From an uncultured Solirubrobacteraceae bacterium (GTDB taxonomy: Bacteria > Actinomycetota > Thermoleophilia > Solirubrobacterales > Solirubrobacteraceae): a DNA stretch of 64,000 nt. The stretch is taken from assembly GCA_902806175.1 (NCBI GenBank), contig CADCVQ010000148.1, positions 47,200 to 111,199 of the forward strand, given 5' to 3'. This document shows, piece after piece, positions 27,146 to 36,129 of the stretch (position 1 is the first letter of the stretch; each line of letters starts with the position of its first letter). Below the pieces are notes generated by a model that was not told the origin of the DNA, made no database searches, and saw only the letters and a list, made by a program, of their open reading frames with translations. Both the position numbers and the translations under genes were made by a program.

Positions 27146-29086
27146 CTAGGCTTCGGCGACCGCGCGCTGCGTCACGGCGGCCTCGATGCGCTCGGCGATC
27201 TTCTTGCCGGTGAAGCCGACCTCGGCGTGCAGGACCGGGACCGGGCCGTGCGTCACGAAGCGGTCGGGCAGCCCGACGCGCAGGATGCGCGGGACGTGCC
27301 GGCCGGAGTCGTTGAGCGTCTCCCAGACGGCGCTGCCGAAGCCGCCGGCGAGGACGCCCTCCTCGACCGTGACGAGCAACTCGTGCTCGGCCGCGAGCTG
27401 GGCCATCAGCGCCGTGTCGATCGGCTTGACGAAGCGCGCGTCGGCGACCGTGGCGTCGAGGCCGCGCGTGCTGAGGCGGTCGGCGGCCTCCAGTCCCTTG
27501 GCGACGCCGGTGCCGTAGCCGACGATCGCGACCTTGCCGTCGCCTTCGCGCAGGATCTCACCGGTGCCGATCTCGATCGGCTCGGCGAGCAGCGGCAGCG
27601 GCACCCCGAGCGCCTCGCCGCGCGGGTAGCGCAGCGCGATCGGCCCGTCGTCGTAGAGCAGCGCCGTGCGCAGCATGTGGACGAGCAGCGCCTCGTCGCG
27701 CGGCGCCATGACGACGATGTTCGGCAGGGAGCGCATGTACGCGATGTCGAAGACGCCGTGGTGCGTCGGCCCGTCGTCGCCGACGAGGCCGGCGCGGTCC
27801 AGCGCGAACACGACGTTGAGCTTCTGCAGGCAGACGTCGTGGACGATCTGGTCGTAGGCGCGCTGCAGGAACGTCGAGTAGATCGCCGCGACCGGCTTGA
27901 CGCCCTCGAGCGCGAGGCCGGCCGCGAAGAGGATCGCCTGCTGCTCGGCGATGCCGACGTCGAAGTAGCGCTCGGGGAGCTCCTTCTGCAGGATGTTCAG
28001 GCCCGTGCCGGTGTTCATCGCGGCGGTGATGCCGACGATCCGGCGGTCGCGGCGGCACTCCTTGACGAGCGCCTCGCCGAAGACCGTCGTGAACTGCGGC
28101 GGCGGCTTTGGCAGGACAGGCTTCGCGGGTGCGGCGACGACCCCGCCCATGATCGACCTCGGCTTGGCGGCGTGCCAGCGCTCCTGGCCCTCCTCGCCGC
28201 CCTCCTCGGCGGGCGCGAAGCCCTTGCCCTTGACGGTCGCGACGTGCACGACCACGGGTCGCTCGGCGGCGAGCGCGCTGCGCAGCGCGATCCGCAGCTC
28301 ATGGATGTCGTGGCCGTCGATGACGCCGGTGTAGGCCCAGCCGAGCTCCTCCCAGAGCAGGCCCGGCGCCCAGAAGGCCTTGATCGACTCCTTCATCTGC
28401 GGGCCGAAGCGCTCGATCTGGCGCCCGACGCCCGGCAGCTCGCTGAGGCGCGACTCCACGCTCTCGCGGGTGTGCCAGAGCTTCGGATGCAGGCGCACGC
28501 GATTGAAGTAGCGCGACAGCGCCCCGACGTTCGGCGCGATCGACATGCCGTTGTCGTTGAGCACGACCACCATCGGGGTGCCGGCGCCGCCGGCCTGGTG
28601 CAGCGCCTCGAACGCGACCCCACCGGTCATCGCGCCGTCGCCGATGACGGCGACGACGTGCGGCGGGTGCGGGTCGGGTTGCACCTGGAGCACGCGCATC
28701 GCCTCCTTCAGGCCGACCGCGTAGCCGATCGACGTCGAGGCGTGGCCGGCGCCCATGATGTCGTGCTCGGACTCGCCGATCGCGCAGAACGGCGCGAGGC
28801 CCTCGTACTGGCGGATCGTCGCGAGCTCGTCGCGGCGGCCCGTGAGGACCTTGTGCGGATAGGCCTGGTGGCCGACGTCCCAGAGGATCTTGTCGCGCGG
28901 CGAGTCCAGCAGCGAGTGCAGCGCGACGGCGAGCTCGCAGGTGCCGAGGTTGGCGCCGAAGTGCCCACCGATCTCGCCGACCGTGGCGATGATGTGCTCG
29001 CGCACCTCCTGAGCGACGCGCACGAGATCCTCCTCGCTGAGCGCGTGCAGGTCCTGGGGGCGGTTGATGCGTTGCAGGAGGGTCAT
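27146..29086 (-). CDS. dxs: 1-deoxy-D-xylulose-5-phosphate synthase
   Basis: Start at MTLLQRINRPQDL (ATG at 29086), overlapping the upstream stop as ATGA. Contains GHFGANLGTCEL, DVGHQAYPHK and GDGAMTGG. The rest of the 1106-aa track ORF is a shadow frame. Confidence 0.96.
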   Translation of the reverse strand: MTLLQRINRPQDLHALSEEDLVRVAQEVREHIIATVGEIGGHFGANLGTCELAVALHSLLDSPRDKILWDVGHQAYPHKVLTGRRDELATIRQYEGLAPFCAIGESEHDIMGAGHASTSIGYAVGLKEAMRVLQVQPDPHPPHVVAVIGDGAMTGGVAFEALHQAGGAGTPMVVVLNDNGMSIAPNVGALSRYFNRVRLHPKLWHTRESVESRLSELPGVGRQIERFGPQMKESIKAFWAPGLLWEELGWAYTGVIDGHDIHELRIALRSALAAERPVVVHVATVKGKGFAPAEEGGEEGQERWHAAKPRSIMGGVVAAPAKPVLPKPPPQFTTVFGEALVKECRRDRRIVGITAAMNTGTGLNILQKELPERYFDVGIAEQQAILFAAGLALEGVKPVAAIYSTFLQRAYDQIVHDVCLQKLNVVFALDRAGLVGDDGPTHHGVFDIAYMRSLPNIVVMAPRDEALLVHMLRTALLYDDGPIALRYPRGEALGVPLPLLAEPIEIGTGEILREGDGKVAIVGYGTGVAKGLEAADRLSTRGLDATVADARFVKPIDTALMAQLAAEHELLVTVEEGVLAGGFGSAVWETLNDSGRHVPRILRVGLPDRFVTHGPVPVLHAEVGFTGKKIAERIEAAVTQRAVAEA

Positions 29087-29952
29087 GAGCTGCGGGTTGC
29101 GATGAAGTCCGTGATCTGTTCGAGCTCGGGGGCGCCGCGAGGCGCCGCGGAGGCCAATGATGCCCGCGCCTGGCGATGTGAACGCGTAGCGAGCTCGCGC
29201 GCGCCAACCAGGCCGAACTCGCTGACGTACGTCCGCTTGCCGTGGCGCTCGTCGCTGCCCTGCGGCTTGCCCAGCGCGGCGTCGGTCCCGGTCACGTCGA
29301 GGATGTCGTCGACGATCTGAAACAGCACGCCGAGCTCGGACGCGAACTCGTGGTAGGCGGTTGTATCGGGGCGGCTCATTCCGGCTATAAGCAATACGCA
29401 CTCTACCGACGCACAGATGAGCCGCCCGGTCTTCAGCCCGTGCAGGCGCCGCAGATCCTCGGCGGTCAGCTGCTCTCCGGCGATGTCGAGAAACTGCCCG
29501 CCGACCATCCCGTTGACCCCGGTCGCGCCCGCGAGCTCGGCCATCGCGCGCAGGATCTGCGCCGGTTCGCCCTGCTGGTGGTTGAGGACATGGCGGAAGG
29601 CCTCGGCGTACAGCGCGTCGCCCGCGAGGATCGCGACGTCCTCGCCGAAGGCGACGTGCGCGGTCGGGCGGCCGCGGCGCATGTCGTCGTCGTCCATCGC
29701 CGGCAGGTCGTCGTGGATGAGCGAGTAGGTGTGGATGAGCTCGAGCGCCGCCGCGAGGGGCAGGAAGTCGTGCTCGTCGCGGCCGATCGAGCGGGCGGTG
29801 GCGAGCGCCAGGACCGGGCGGATGCGCTTGCCGCCTGCCAGCAGGCTGTAGCGCATCGTCTCGACGAGCCGTGCGATCGCGGGGTCTTCGGTGAACGTCA
29901 GCCCGTCGAGCTCGTGCTCGACCAGCCCTTGCAGCTCGTCGGGGTAGGGCAC
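29083..29952 (-). CDS. Polyprenyl (farnesyl/geranylgeranyl) diphosphate synthase
   Basis: 289 aa with a first DDxxD-type motif, LIHDDLPAMDDDDMRRG, and a second, FQIVDDILD. Confidence 0.92.
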   Translation of the reverse strand: MPYPDELQGLVEHELDGLTFTEDPAIARLVETMRYSLLAGGKRIRPVLALATARSIGRDEHDFLPLAAALELIHTYSLIHDDLPAMDDDDMRRGRPTAHVAFGEDVAILAGDALYAEAFRHVLNHQQGEPAQILRAMAELAGATGVNGMVGGQFLDIAGEQLTAEDLRRLHGLKTGRLICASVECVLLIAGMSRPDTTAYHEFASELGVLFQIVDDILDVTGTDAALGKPQGSDERHGKRTYVSEFGLVGARELATRSHRQARASLASAAPRGAPELEQITDFIATRSS

Positions 29953-29967
29953 TGCGCGGTCGGCTTC

Positions 29968-30177
29968 TTACAGGAGCGTGTCCTGGCCCGGCAGCGGCTC
30001 GCGCTCGGCCTCGCGGGTGCGGCGCTCCAGCTCGGCCGAGGCCTGCGACGCCAGCGACGCGCAGTCCTCGACGACGGTCGCGGCGGCGTCCGCGCTGAGG
30101 TCGCCGGAGCGCAGCTGCTCGGCGGCACGCTCGAGGCGGCCGACGAGTTCGTCGAGGGTGGCGTCGGCGTCGTTCAT
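29968..30177 (-). CDS. xseB: Exodeoxyribonuclease VII small subunit
   Basis: 69 aa, MNDADATLDELVGRLERAAEQLRSGDLSADAA..., a helical hairpin typical of XseB. The ATG overlaps the nusB stop as ATGA. Confidence 0.78.
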   Translation of the reverse strand: MNDADATLDELVGRLERAAEQLRSGDLSADAAATVVEDCASLASQASAELERRTREAEREPLPGQDTLL

Positions 30178-30590
30178 GCGCTGTGGCGCCGATTGTCGCC
30201 CATCTCGCGATGGATCGCGGCGAGGATGCCGTTGACGAACTTCGGCGCGTCCGCGCCGGAGTAGGTCTTCGCGAGCTCGACGGCCTCGTCGATCGCGCCC
30301 TCGGGCGGGATCGGCGTGTCGCCGGGCGCGGCGTCGGGATGGAGCATCTCCAGCAGGGCGACGCGCATGATCGCCTTCTCCAGCGGCGCGATGCGGTCGA
30401 TCGACCAACCCTTGGCGTGGCGCGCGACGAGCGCATCGAGCTCGTCCTCGCGGTCCTGGGCGCCATGCGCGAGCGCCCGCGTGAACAGCGACGCGTTGCG
30501 CTCGAAGACGTCCTCGAGCTCGCGCGTGGTGAGCTCGGCCTGGTAGAGCGCGAAGACGGCGGCCCTGCGCTGGTCGGACCTGCGCGACAA
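30174..30590 (-). CDS. nusB: Transcription antitermination factor NusB
   Basis: 138 aa. RRAAVFALYQ...WSIDRIAPLEKAIMRVALLEM...DEAVELAKTY...FVNGIL matches the NusB pattern. Confidence 0.92.
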   Translation of the reverse strand: MSRRSDQRRAAVFALYQAELTTRELEDVFERNASLFTRALAHGAQDREDELDALVARHAKGWSIDRIAPLEKAIMRVALLEMLHPDAAPGDTPIPPEGAIDEAVELAKTYSGADAPKFVNGILAAIHREMGDNRRHSA

Positions 30591-30594
30591 GCGC

Positions 30595-31155
30595 CTACGC
30601 GCGCGACATGTAGTCGCCGCTCGCCGTCTGCACCTTGACGCGATCGCCGATGTTCACGAACAGCGGGACGCGGATCGTGGCGCCCGTCTCGAGCGTCGCG
30701 GGCTTGTCACCGCCGCCGGAGGCGGTGTCGCCGCGCAGCCCCGGCTCGGTCTGGGTGACCTCGAGCTCGACGGAGGAGGGCAGCTGCAGGTCGCCGGGAT
30801 TGCCGTCGATGAACAGCACGTCGACGGTGTCGTTGGCCTTGGTCCAGCGCAGGGCGTCGGCGACGGAGGCGGCGGGAACGGCGATCTGCTCGTAGGACTG
30901 GGCGTCCATGAAGTGCGCCTCGGCGCCGTCGGAGTAGAGAAACTGCATCTTGCGCGCCTCGGTGTGCACGGAGCGGAACTTCTCGCCCGCACGGAAGGTC
31001 TTGTCGATGACGTTGCCGTCGCTCGCGCGGCGCAGCTTCGTGCGCACGAATGCGCCGCCCTTGCCCGGCTTGACGTGCTGGAAGTCGAGCACCTTGAAGA
31101 TCGTGCCGTCGACCTCGATGTGGTTGCCGTTCTTCAGTTGGTTGGTGCTGATCAT
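30595..31155 (-). CDS. efp: Elongation factor P
   Basis: 186 aa. MISTNQLKNGNHIEVDGTIFKVLDFQHVKPGKGGAFVRTKLR is a near-canonical EF-P N-terminus. Confidence 0.97.
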   Translation of the reverse strand: MISTNQLKNGNHIEVDGTIFKVLDFQHVKPGKGGAFVRTKLRRASDGNVIDKTFRAGEKFRSVHTEARKMQFLYSDGAEAHFMDAQSYEQIAVPAASVADALRWTKANDTVDVLFIDGNPGDLQLPSSVELEVTQTEPGLRGDTASGGGDKPATLETGATIRVPLFVNIGDRVKVQTASGDYMSRA

Positions 31156-31540
31156 GGCTGCGCGTCAGTGTAGGGCGCACCTGCGGCTCGGAGCCTGTGG
31201 ATCAGCTGGTGCGGCGCGATCTCGAGCAGCCCTCTGGCGGCGGTGGTGGCCGGGATGCCGTGCACGCGCGTGACGTCGCGCCGGTCCAAGGCTGCGCGAG
31301 CGGTGAAAGCGAATGCCGGGGCGGCTGCGGCCGCCGCAGCCGGGACGGTCACGTCGATCCGGCGCTCGGTCCAGCGGACGTAGCCGTGCACGCGACGCGG
31401 CGCCGGATCGCGGGGTCGTCCAGGCCGGCCGCCGCGAGCTGGTCGCTGCGGATCCGCCCGTGTTGTCGCGCGGCGACCGCGGCAACGCGTGCGTCGGGTG
31501 TGTCGAATCGTCGTCGCGGGGCGACGGTCATTCGACACAC
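31152..31540 (-). pseudogene. Decayed remnant of an AbiEi-antitoxin-domain / DUF559-type gene
   Basis: One frame reads MTVAPRRRFDTPDARVAAVAARQHGRIRSDQLAAAGLDDPAIRRRVA, which is AbiEi-N-like. The reading then has to switch frame to continue VHGYVRWTERRIDVTVP...TRVHGIPATTAARGLLEIAP. The middle and the C-terminal DUF559 part are missing. Confidence 0.5.
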
Positions 31541-31552
31541 CCCCCGCCGCGG

Positions 31553-31912
31553 CTACTCCCCCGCCGCCTCCTGCTCGGCGTCCCACGCCGCCACCACCCG
31601 CTTGGCGGCGAACACGCGCCACGCATCCTCGAGCAGCTCCCCCAGCTCGACGGGATCGACGGCCTCCAGGCGCACGAGGACGTACGGCCAGCCGTCGTAG
31701 TGCGGCGTCGTGAAGAACACGTCCGGGTCGCCCTGCAGCAGCGCCTCGCGCTCGCCCATGTCGGTGACGCGCACCACCAGCGCGTCGGGGTTCGTGCGCA
31801 TGCGGCACATGCCCTTGCCGCGCACGCGCAGCGCGGCCGTGCCATAGGACGTCCCGACCTCGACCCCCGGCAGCCGCGTCCCGATCTCGACGACGTCCTC
31901 CCAGCTCGGCAT
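31553..31912 (-). CDS. MmcQ/YjbR family DNA-binding protein
   Basis: 119 aa. LPGVEVGTSYGTAALRVRGKGM...FFTTPHYDGWPYVLVRL is the pattern typical of the YjbR family. Confidence 0.78.
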   Translation of the reverse strand: MPSWEDVVEIGTRLPGVEVGTSYGTAALRVRGKGMCRMRTNPDALVVRVTDMGEREALLQGDPDVFFTTPHYDGWPYVLVRLEAVDPVELGELLEDAWRVFAAKRVVAAWDAEQEAAGE

Positions 31913-32211
31913 CGCGACAACGTAGCGTCCGAACGCAATCGACCGCGATGAGCTGCGCGCCCTGCAGGCGCCGCTCGAGGAGCGCTGCGCCGAGCAGCGC
32001 GGAGCGCGTCGTGCTGCAGACGCTGCGCACGACGCCCCCGGTCACCTCGCGGACGGGTCCACTACTCGCCCGACCGCGCGACGAAACAAAATCCACCCCG
32101 GCCACGGGTACCGATTTACGATGCACCCGCGGACCGAAGCCAGGAGCGATCTCCGAAAGCTCCCGCGGCACGCCCCTGCCGATGCCACCCCACGTCGAAA
32201 GGAACGCCACC

Positions 32212-32670
32212 ATGGCCAACCCCCTGACGGTCATCATCCCGATGAAGCAGGACGCGGACATCGCGAAGCTGGCGGGAATCCTTCACGCCCAGCAGGATGC
32301 GATCGACGCGGCGCGCAGTGGCATCGCGACGCTTCATTACACATTTTTCCTGATCCTCGATCACTCATCGCCCAACCTGCAGCTTCAACCCGGCAGCTCC
32401 GGCCCGTTCAGCCTCGCCGTGATCACCATCTTCGACGGTGAACTGGACGACTACATCGCGGCCGTCGTCAAGGATCTCGGGCCGGCCTTCTCCCTGCTGC
32501 TGTCCTACAGCGCCGACGGACAGCATCTCCTCCCGGTGGCCGATCACTACGACGAGTTCGCCGCCTACATCCGCGGCAACGACGCTTCGCAGCACCCGCC
32601 CAACGACCAGCTGCGCTTCTGGGGCGCCTACCCGGACACCGCTCAGCAGATCGTCGGCGACACCAGCTGA
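32212..32670 (+). CDS. Uncharacterised small protein (152 aa), divergent member of the family also found at 35581-36129 and 36126-36719
   Basis: ATG at 32212 is preceded by GAAAGGAAC. It shares four ordered motifs with the two operon proteins (see findings). Confidence 0.65.
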   Translation: MANPLTVIIPMKQDADIAKLAGILHAQQDAIDAARSGIATLHYTFFLILDHSSPNLQLQPGSSGPFSLAVITIFDGELDDYIAAVVKDLGPAFSLLLSYSADGQHLLPVADHYDEFAAYIRGNDASQHPPNDQLRFWGAYPDTAQQIVGDTS

Positions 32671-32688
32671 GCCGAGCGGCAGCAGCGA

Positions 32689-33153
32689 ATGTCCGCGCGC
32701 CACACCCGGCCGTTCCCCACGCGGGAGATCCACCACGCGATCGACATCGACGCCCCGCCCGCGGCTGTCTGGGCGGTTCTGGCCGACACCGCGGCCTACG
32801 GCGAGTGGAACCCGTTCATACCCCGGCTCGAGGGCGACTGGCGGGTCGGCGCCAAACTCTCTGCGCTCGTCGCGACGCCCGGCGGCGGCCGGCCGAGGAC
32901 CTTCGAGCAGACCGTGCTCGCGGTGCAACCCGGCCGCGAGCTGCGCTGGATCGTGCGCGTGCTCGTGCCCGGCCTGCTCGACGGCGTGCACAGCTTCGGA
33001 CTGCAGCCGCTGCCCGCCGGCGGCACGCGCTTCACGCAGGTCGAGCGCTTCCGCGGCCTGCTCGTACGCCTGCTACGCCGGCAGATCGACAAGACGCAGC
33101 TCGGCATGGAGCAGATGAACGGGGCCCTCAAGCGGCGCGTCGAAGGCCGGTAA
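32689..33153 (+). CDS. SRPBCC domain-containing protein
   Basis: 154 aa. IDIDAPPAAVWAVLADTAAYGEWNPF is a typical SRPBCC/polyketide-cyclase-like N-terminus. It starts 18 nt after the preceding gene. Confidence 0.8.
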   Translation: MSARHTRPFPTREIHHAIDIDAPPAAVWAVLADTAAYGEWNPFIPRLEGDWRVGAKLSALVATPGGGRPRTFEQTVLAVQPGRELRWIVRVLVPGLLDGVHSFGLQPLPAGGTRFTQVERFRGLLVRLLRRQIDKTQLGMEQMNGALKRRVEGR

Positions 33154-33174
33154 AGCCCGCTCCGGCGATTCGCG

Positions 33175-34158
33175 CTACTCCGGCAGGATCGCCGGCTTGG
33201 TCTCACGCGACCGGCGCCGGTGTGACTCCCAGTAGGCCTCCGAGCGGAAGTGCAGCAGCGGGTCGTCGGAAAGCTCGATCCCGGGCGGCATCCGCGTCGG
33301 GTCGAAGACCCACTCGGCGACTGCCTCGGAGTCCTCGTGCAGGCGCTCGATCACGATCTCGCCCGCGACGACCTGCGGGCGGCTCTCGGGCCACAGCACC
33401 CGGAGGTCGTCGATCTCGTCGCCCTCCTGCGCGAGCTGGAAGACGAGCTTCCACGCCACCGGCGCCTGCTCGACGCGCTGCTTGATCTCGCTGACGACGT
33501 ACTGCGGCGGCAGCAGCGTGTCGTCCTTCGGGTCGATGTTGGCGACCCCCGCCACCGGCATGAAGCGGAAGCGGAAGGCCTGCCGGCGGCCGTCGGCGTC
33601 GACGAGGTAGTAGGAGTGAAAGCCGTTGAAGCGCGCGGTCGCGAAGCTCTCCGGCGGCGCGAGCGTCGCCGCCGCCTTGATGCCCGGCAGCGCGCGCGGG
33701 ATGCGCGGCGCGAGGAAGGCGAGCATCCGCAGCGGGTGCGGCGAGCCGCCCGGCAGCGCGGCACGCGTGTTGACCACCATCGCGTGGAAGTCGTCGGGCG
33801 TGCGCGGCGGGAACGCCGCGAGGTTCAGCGCCGTCCACGACGTGTGGTCGCCGGACGGCAGGGCGAAGCGCACCCCCATCCCGAGCGGGTTGCCGCGCTT
33901 GCCGTCGACGCGGTCGGCGAGGTAGGGGCTCGAGCCGCCGTTGGACAGGCGCACGACGACGTCGATGCGGCCGCTGTGGAAGAGCTCTGCCGTCGACAGC
34001 GCGCCGATCTCGGGGGTCGGCGTGAAGTGCCCGTGGAATGCGATCCCGCGGGCGTGCCCGCGCTTGTGGCCGGGCACGTTGTTCATGTGCTTCTCCATCG
34101 CCCCGAGCACCTTCTTGACGCGGGCGGGCCCTCCGAGCTTGTGTGGGCTCTCGCTCAT
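33175..34158 (-). CDS. Catalase-related (small-subunit clade) haem peroxidase
   Basis: 327 aa. Distal-His region is KRGHARGIAFHGHF and the proximal-Tyr region is HFRSEAYWESHRRR. It is much shorter than a monofunctional catalase. GGAGGTG ribosome-binding site. Confidence 0.85.
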   Translation of the reverse strand: MSESPHKLGGPARVKKVLGAMEKHMNNVPGHKRGHARGIAFHGHFTPTPEIGALSTAELFHSGRIDVVVRLSNGGSSPYLADRVDGKRGNPLGMGVRFALPSGDHTSWTALNLAAFPPRTPDDFHAMVVNTRAALPGGSPHPLRMLAFLAPRIPRALPGIKAAATLAPPESFATARFNGFHSYYLVDADGRRQAFRFRFMPVAGVANIDPKDDTLLPPQYVVSEIKQRVEQAPVAWKLVFQLAQEGDEIDDLRVLWPESRPQVVAGEIVIERLHEDSEAVAEWVFDPTRMPPGIELSDDPLLHFRSEAYWESHRRRSRETKPAILPE

Positions 34159-34195
34159 CGCGCCACCTCCATCTCGCTGGACATCGTGATGCTCA

Positions 34196-35584
34196 TCAGC
34201 CCGCCGTCCCGTCCACGAGCGCCCGCAGCGCGGTCATCCCCGGGACGAACAGGTACTCGCCGCCGCGCGTGACGACGAACGCCTCCTGCGGCGAGACGAA
34301 GAACGGCTTCTCGCCCTGGATCGTCATCTTGCCGCTGCCTGACGGTTCGCCCAGCAAGAAGTCCTTGTCGGTGCCCAGGCCGAAGATGTTGCCGTCGTTG
34401 ATCCACGGCGTCTGGACGCCCTCGAACTGGCGGAAGATGCTCGCCTGGAAGCTCACGAACACGAGGCCGCGCTCGGCGCCGTCGTCCTCCAGGGCGCCCT
34501 CGGGCAGCACCTTGCCGTAGGGCATCCCGCGACGGATCATGCGGTGGCGCAGGCTCAGCTTGCCGGCCGGGTCCAGCGCGTCGCGCGGATTGCAGCGGCG
34601 GATGTGCGCGCCCAGCGGGCAGCGCCGGCCGTCGAGGTCGTTGCGGTAGCGAAAGTCGTTGGCACCCGGGGCGGCGGGATCGAACTCGGGATCCGGGCCG
34701 TGCGGGTGCGTCTGGACCGGCGTGCCGTCCTGCCAGCGGCCGACGACCTTGGCGGCGAGCTTGCGCGCATCGCCGTAGGGGTAGCGCGCGGCGGCCGCGG
34801 CGATCGTGCGCCGCCACAGCGCGACGTCCTGGTGCAGCTTGCGCCAGACCATGTACGTGCCGTTGCGCGCCATCGCGCCCGTGGGCGCCGGCGGCAGCCG
34901 CCGAGCGCGATCGACGCTCGTGTCCTCGTCGGGATAGCCGAGGACGAACTCGCCGGGCGCCAGCGGGCGCCAGCGTCCGTCGCGCTCGGGAACGCCGCCA
35001 CCGGGCGCCTTGTCCTCCGTCGCTCCGGCGATCGCCGGCTGCGCGAAGCCGTCGGCGAAGCCGAAGTGCTCGCGCGCGCCGTGCAGCAGCTCGGCGTCCT
35101 GCTGGTAGAGGACGCTGACCCCGCCGGTGTCCTTCATCGCCGCCTGCATCTTGGCCAGCGCACGCCGATGGTCGGCCGTCGTCTGCGCGTTGATCGTCAG
35201 CAGCACGTGGGCGTCGCCGGTGCCCAGCCCCTGGTCCCATTTCGGCGGCGCGCTCGGGCCGGTGTCGCCGAGCAGCTCCGCGCGCGCCGCCATCCCCTGG
35301 CGAAACTCGTGCGAGAAGCTGCCGATCGTCTCCTGCGAGACGCCGAGCGCGGCCAGGCCGCTCGCCGTCAGCGCGACGTTCAGCGTCGTCAGCGGCTTCT
35401 CGCTCCACGGCGCGGCGTTCGTGACGTGGTCGACGACGCCGGCGAGCCATGCCCGCGCCTGCTCTGGCTCGCAGTCGATCCGCACGAACGCATAGGACGC
35501 GCAGTCATAGGAGTTGCCGTAGGCGCGCAGGATGTCGCCCTGGATGTCCGACAGCTCGAGCGCCGGCAGCGCCGCGCGGATCAT
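34196..35584 (-). CDS. Dyp-type peroxidase
   Basis: Start at MIRAALPALELSDIQGDIL (ATG at 35584), overlapping the upstream stop as ATGA. Has the GXXDG motif EHFGFADGFAQP, the proximal-His region GAHIRRCNPRD, and GLVFVSFQASIFRQFE. Confidence 0.9.
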   Translation of the reverse strand: MIRAALPALELSDIQGDILRAYGNSYDCASYAFVRIDCEPEQARAWLAGVVDHVTNAAPWSEKPLTTLNVALTASGLAALGVSQETIGSFSHEFRQGMAARAELLGDTGPSAPPKWDQGLGTGDAHVLLTINAQTTADHRRALAKMQAAMKDTGGVSVLYQQDAELLHGAREHFGFADGFAQPAIAGATEDKAPGGGVPERDGRWRPLAPGEFVLGYPDEDTSVDRARRLPPAPTGAMARNGTYMVWRKLHQDVALWRRTIAAAAARYPYGDARKLAAKVVGRWQDGTPVQTHPHGPDPEFDPAAPGANDFRYRNDLDGRRCPLGAHIRRCNPRDALDPAGKLSLRHRMIRRGMPYGKVLPEGALEDDGAERGLVFVSFQASIFRQFEGVQTPWINDGNIFGLGTDKDFLLGEPSGSGKMTIQGEKPFFVSPQEAFVVTRGGEYLFVPGMTALRALVDGTAG

Positions 35585-36129
35585 GCTGCGCCGAACTGCT
35601 CGAGGAACTCCTTGCGGCGCTCCGCCGGCTTCATCTCCTGCGCGCGGACGGCGAAGTCGATCAGCCGCGCGCGCTTGTCCAGCGCGGTCTTGATCTGCTT
35701 GACCGACGCGTTGGGGTAGGCCGCGAACGCGACGCCCGAGTCGACCTGGTTGCGGTGCAGGTAGGCCTTCAGCGCCACGCCCTCGGCGGGCTGCGGGCAG
35801 CCGACGCAGTGACCCCAGACCTCCGCCGCCTCGACCGCCATCAGCGCGACGAGCTCGTGCAGGTAGCTGTCGACGTCGCCGTCGAGGTTGCTCGTGAACA
35901 GCAGAAACTGCGTGCCCAGCGGGTCGCGCAGGTCCGTGCCCGGCGCGACCGGCATGTCCGGCACGACGATCCAGCGCGCCATGTGCGTGCGCGGCAGCTT
36001 GGCGAGCGGGCTCCCCGCGCCGTTGTCGAGGCCGTCGAGGTAGGCCCGCAGCGCCCCCTCCTCGCCCGGCTTGATCGGCGTCCAGATCATGAGCGAGTAC
36101 GTCTTGCCGGCGATGTTCGGAGATCTCAT
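35581..36129 (-). CDS. Uncharacterised protein (182 aa), family member 2
   Basis: ATG at 36129 overlaps the upstream stop and its own stop overlaps the Dyp ATG, both as ATGA. Coding-like composition. Confidence 0.7.
   Translation of the reverse strand: MRSPNIAGKTYSLMIWTPIKPGEEGALRAYLDGLDNGAGSPLAKLPRTHMARWIVVPDMPVAPGTDLRDPLGTQFLLFTSNLDGDVDSYLHELVALMAVEAAEVWGHCVGCPQPAEGVALKAYLHRNQVDSGVAFAAYPNASVKQIKTALDKRARLIDFAVRAQEMKPAERRKEFLEQFGAA

Noticed and set aside
27146-30466. 1106-aa ORF in the track that appears to be one giant gene
   Set aside because: Only the C-terminal 646 aa (from MTLLQRINRP at 29086) is Dxs. The upstream part is Arg/Ala/Pro-rich shadow sequence. It overlaps the real polyprenyl synthase, xseB and nusB genes in other frames.
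31349-31540. 63-aa ORF as an intact small gene
   Set aside because: Its sequence is the N-terminal AbiEi-like helix-turn-helix region of a larger gene type, and the continuation is in another frame. It is treated as part of a pseudogene.
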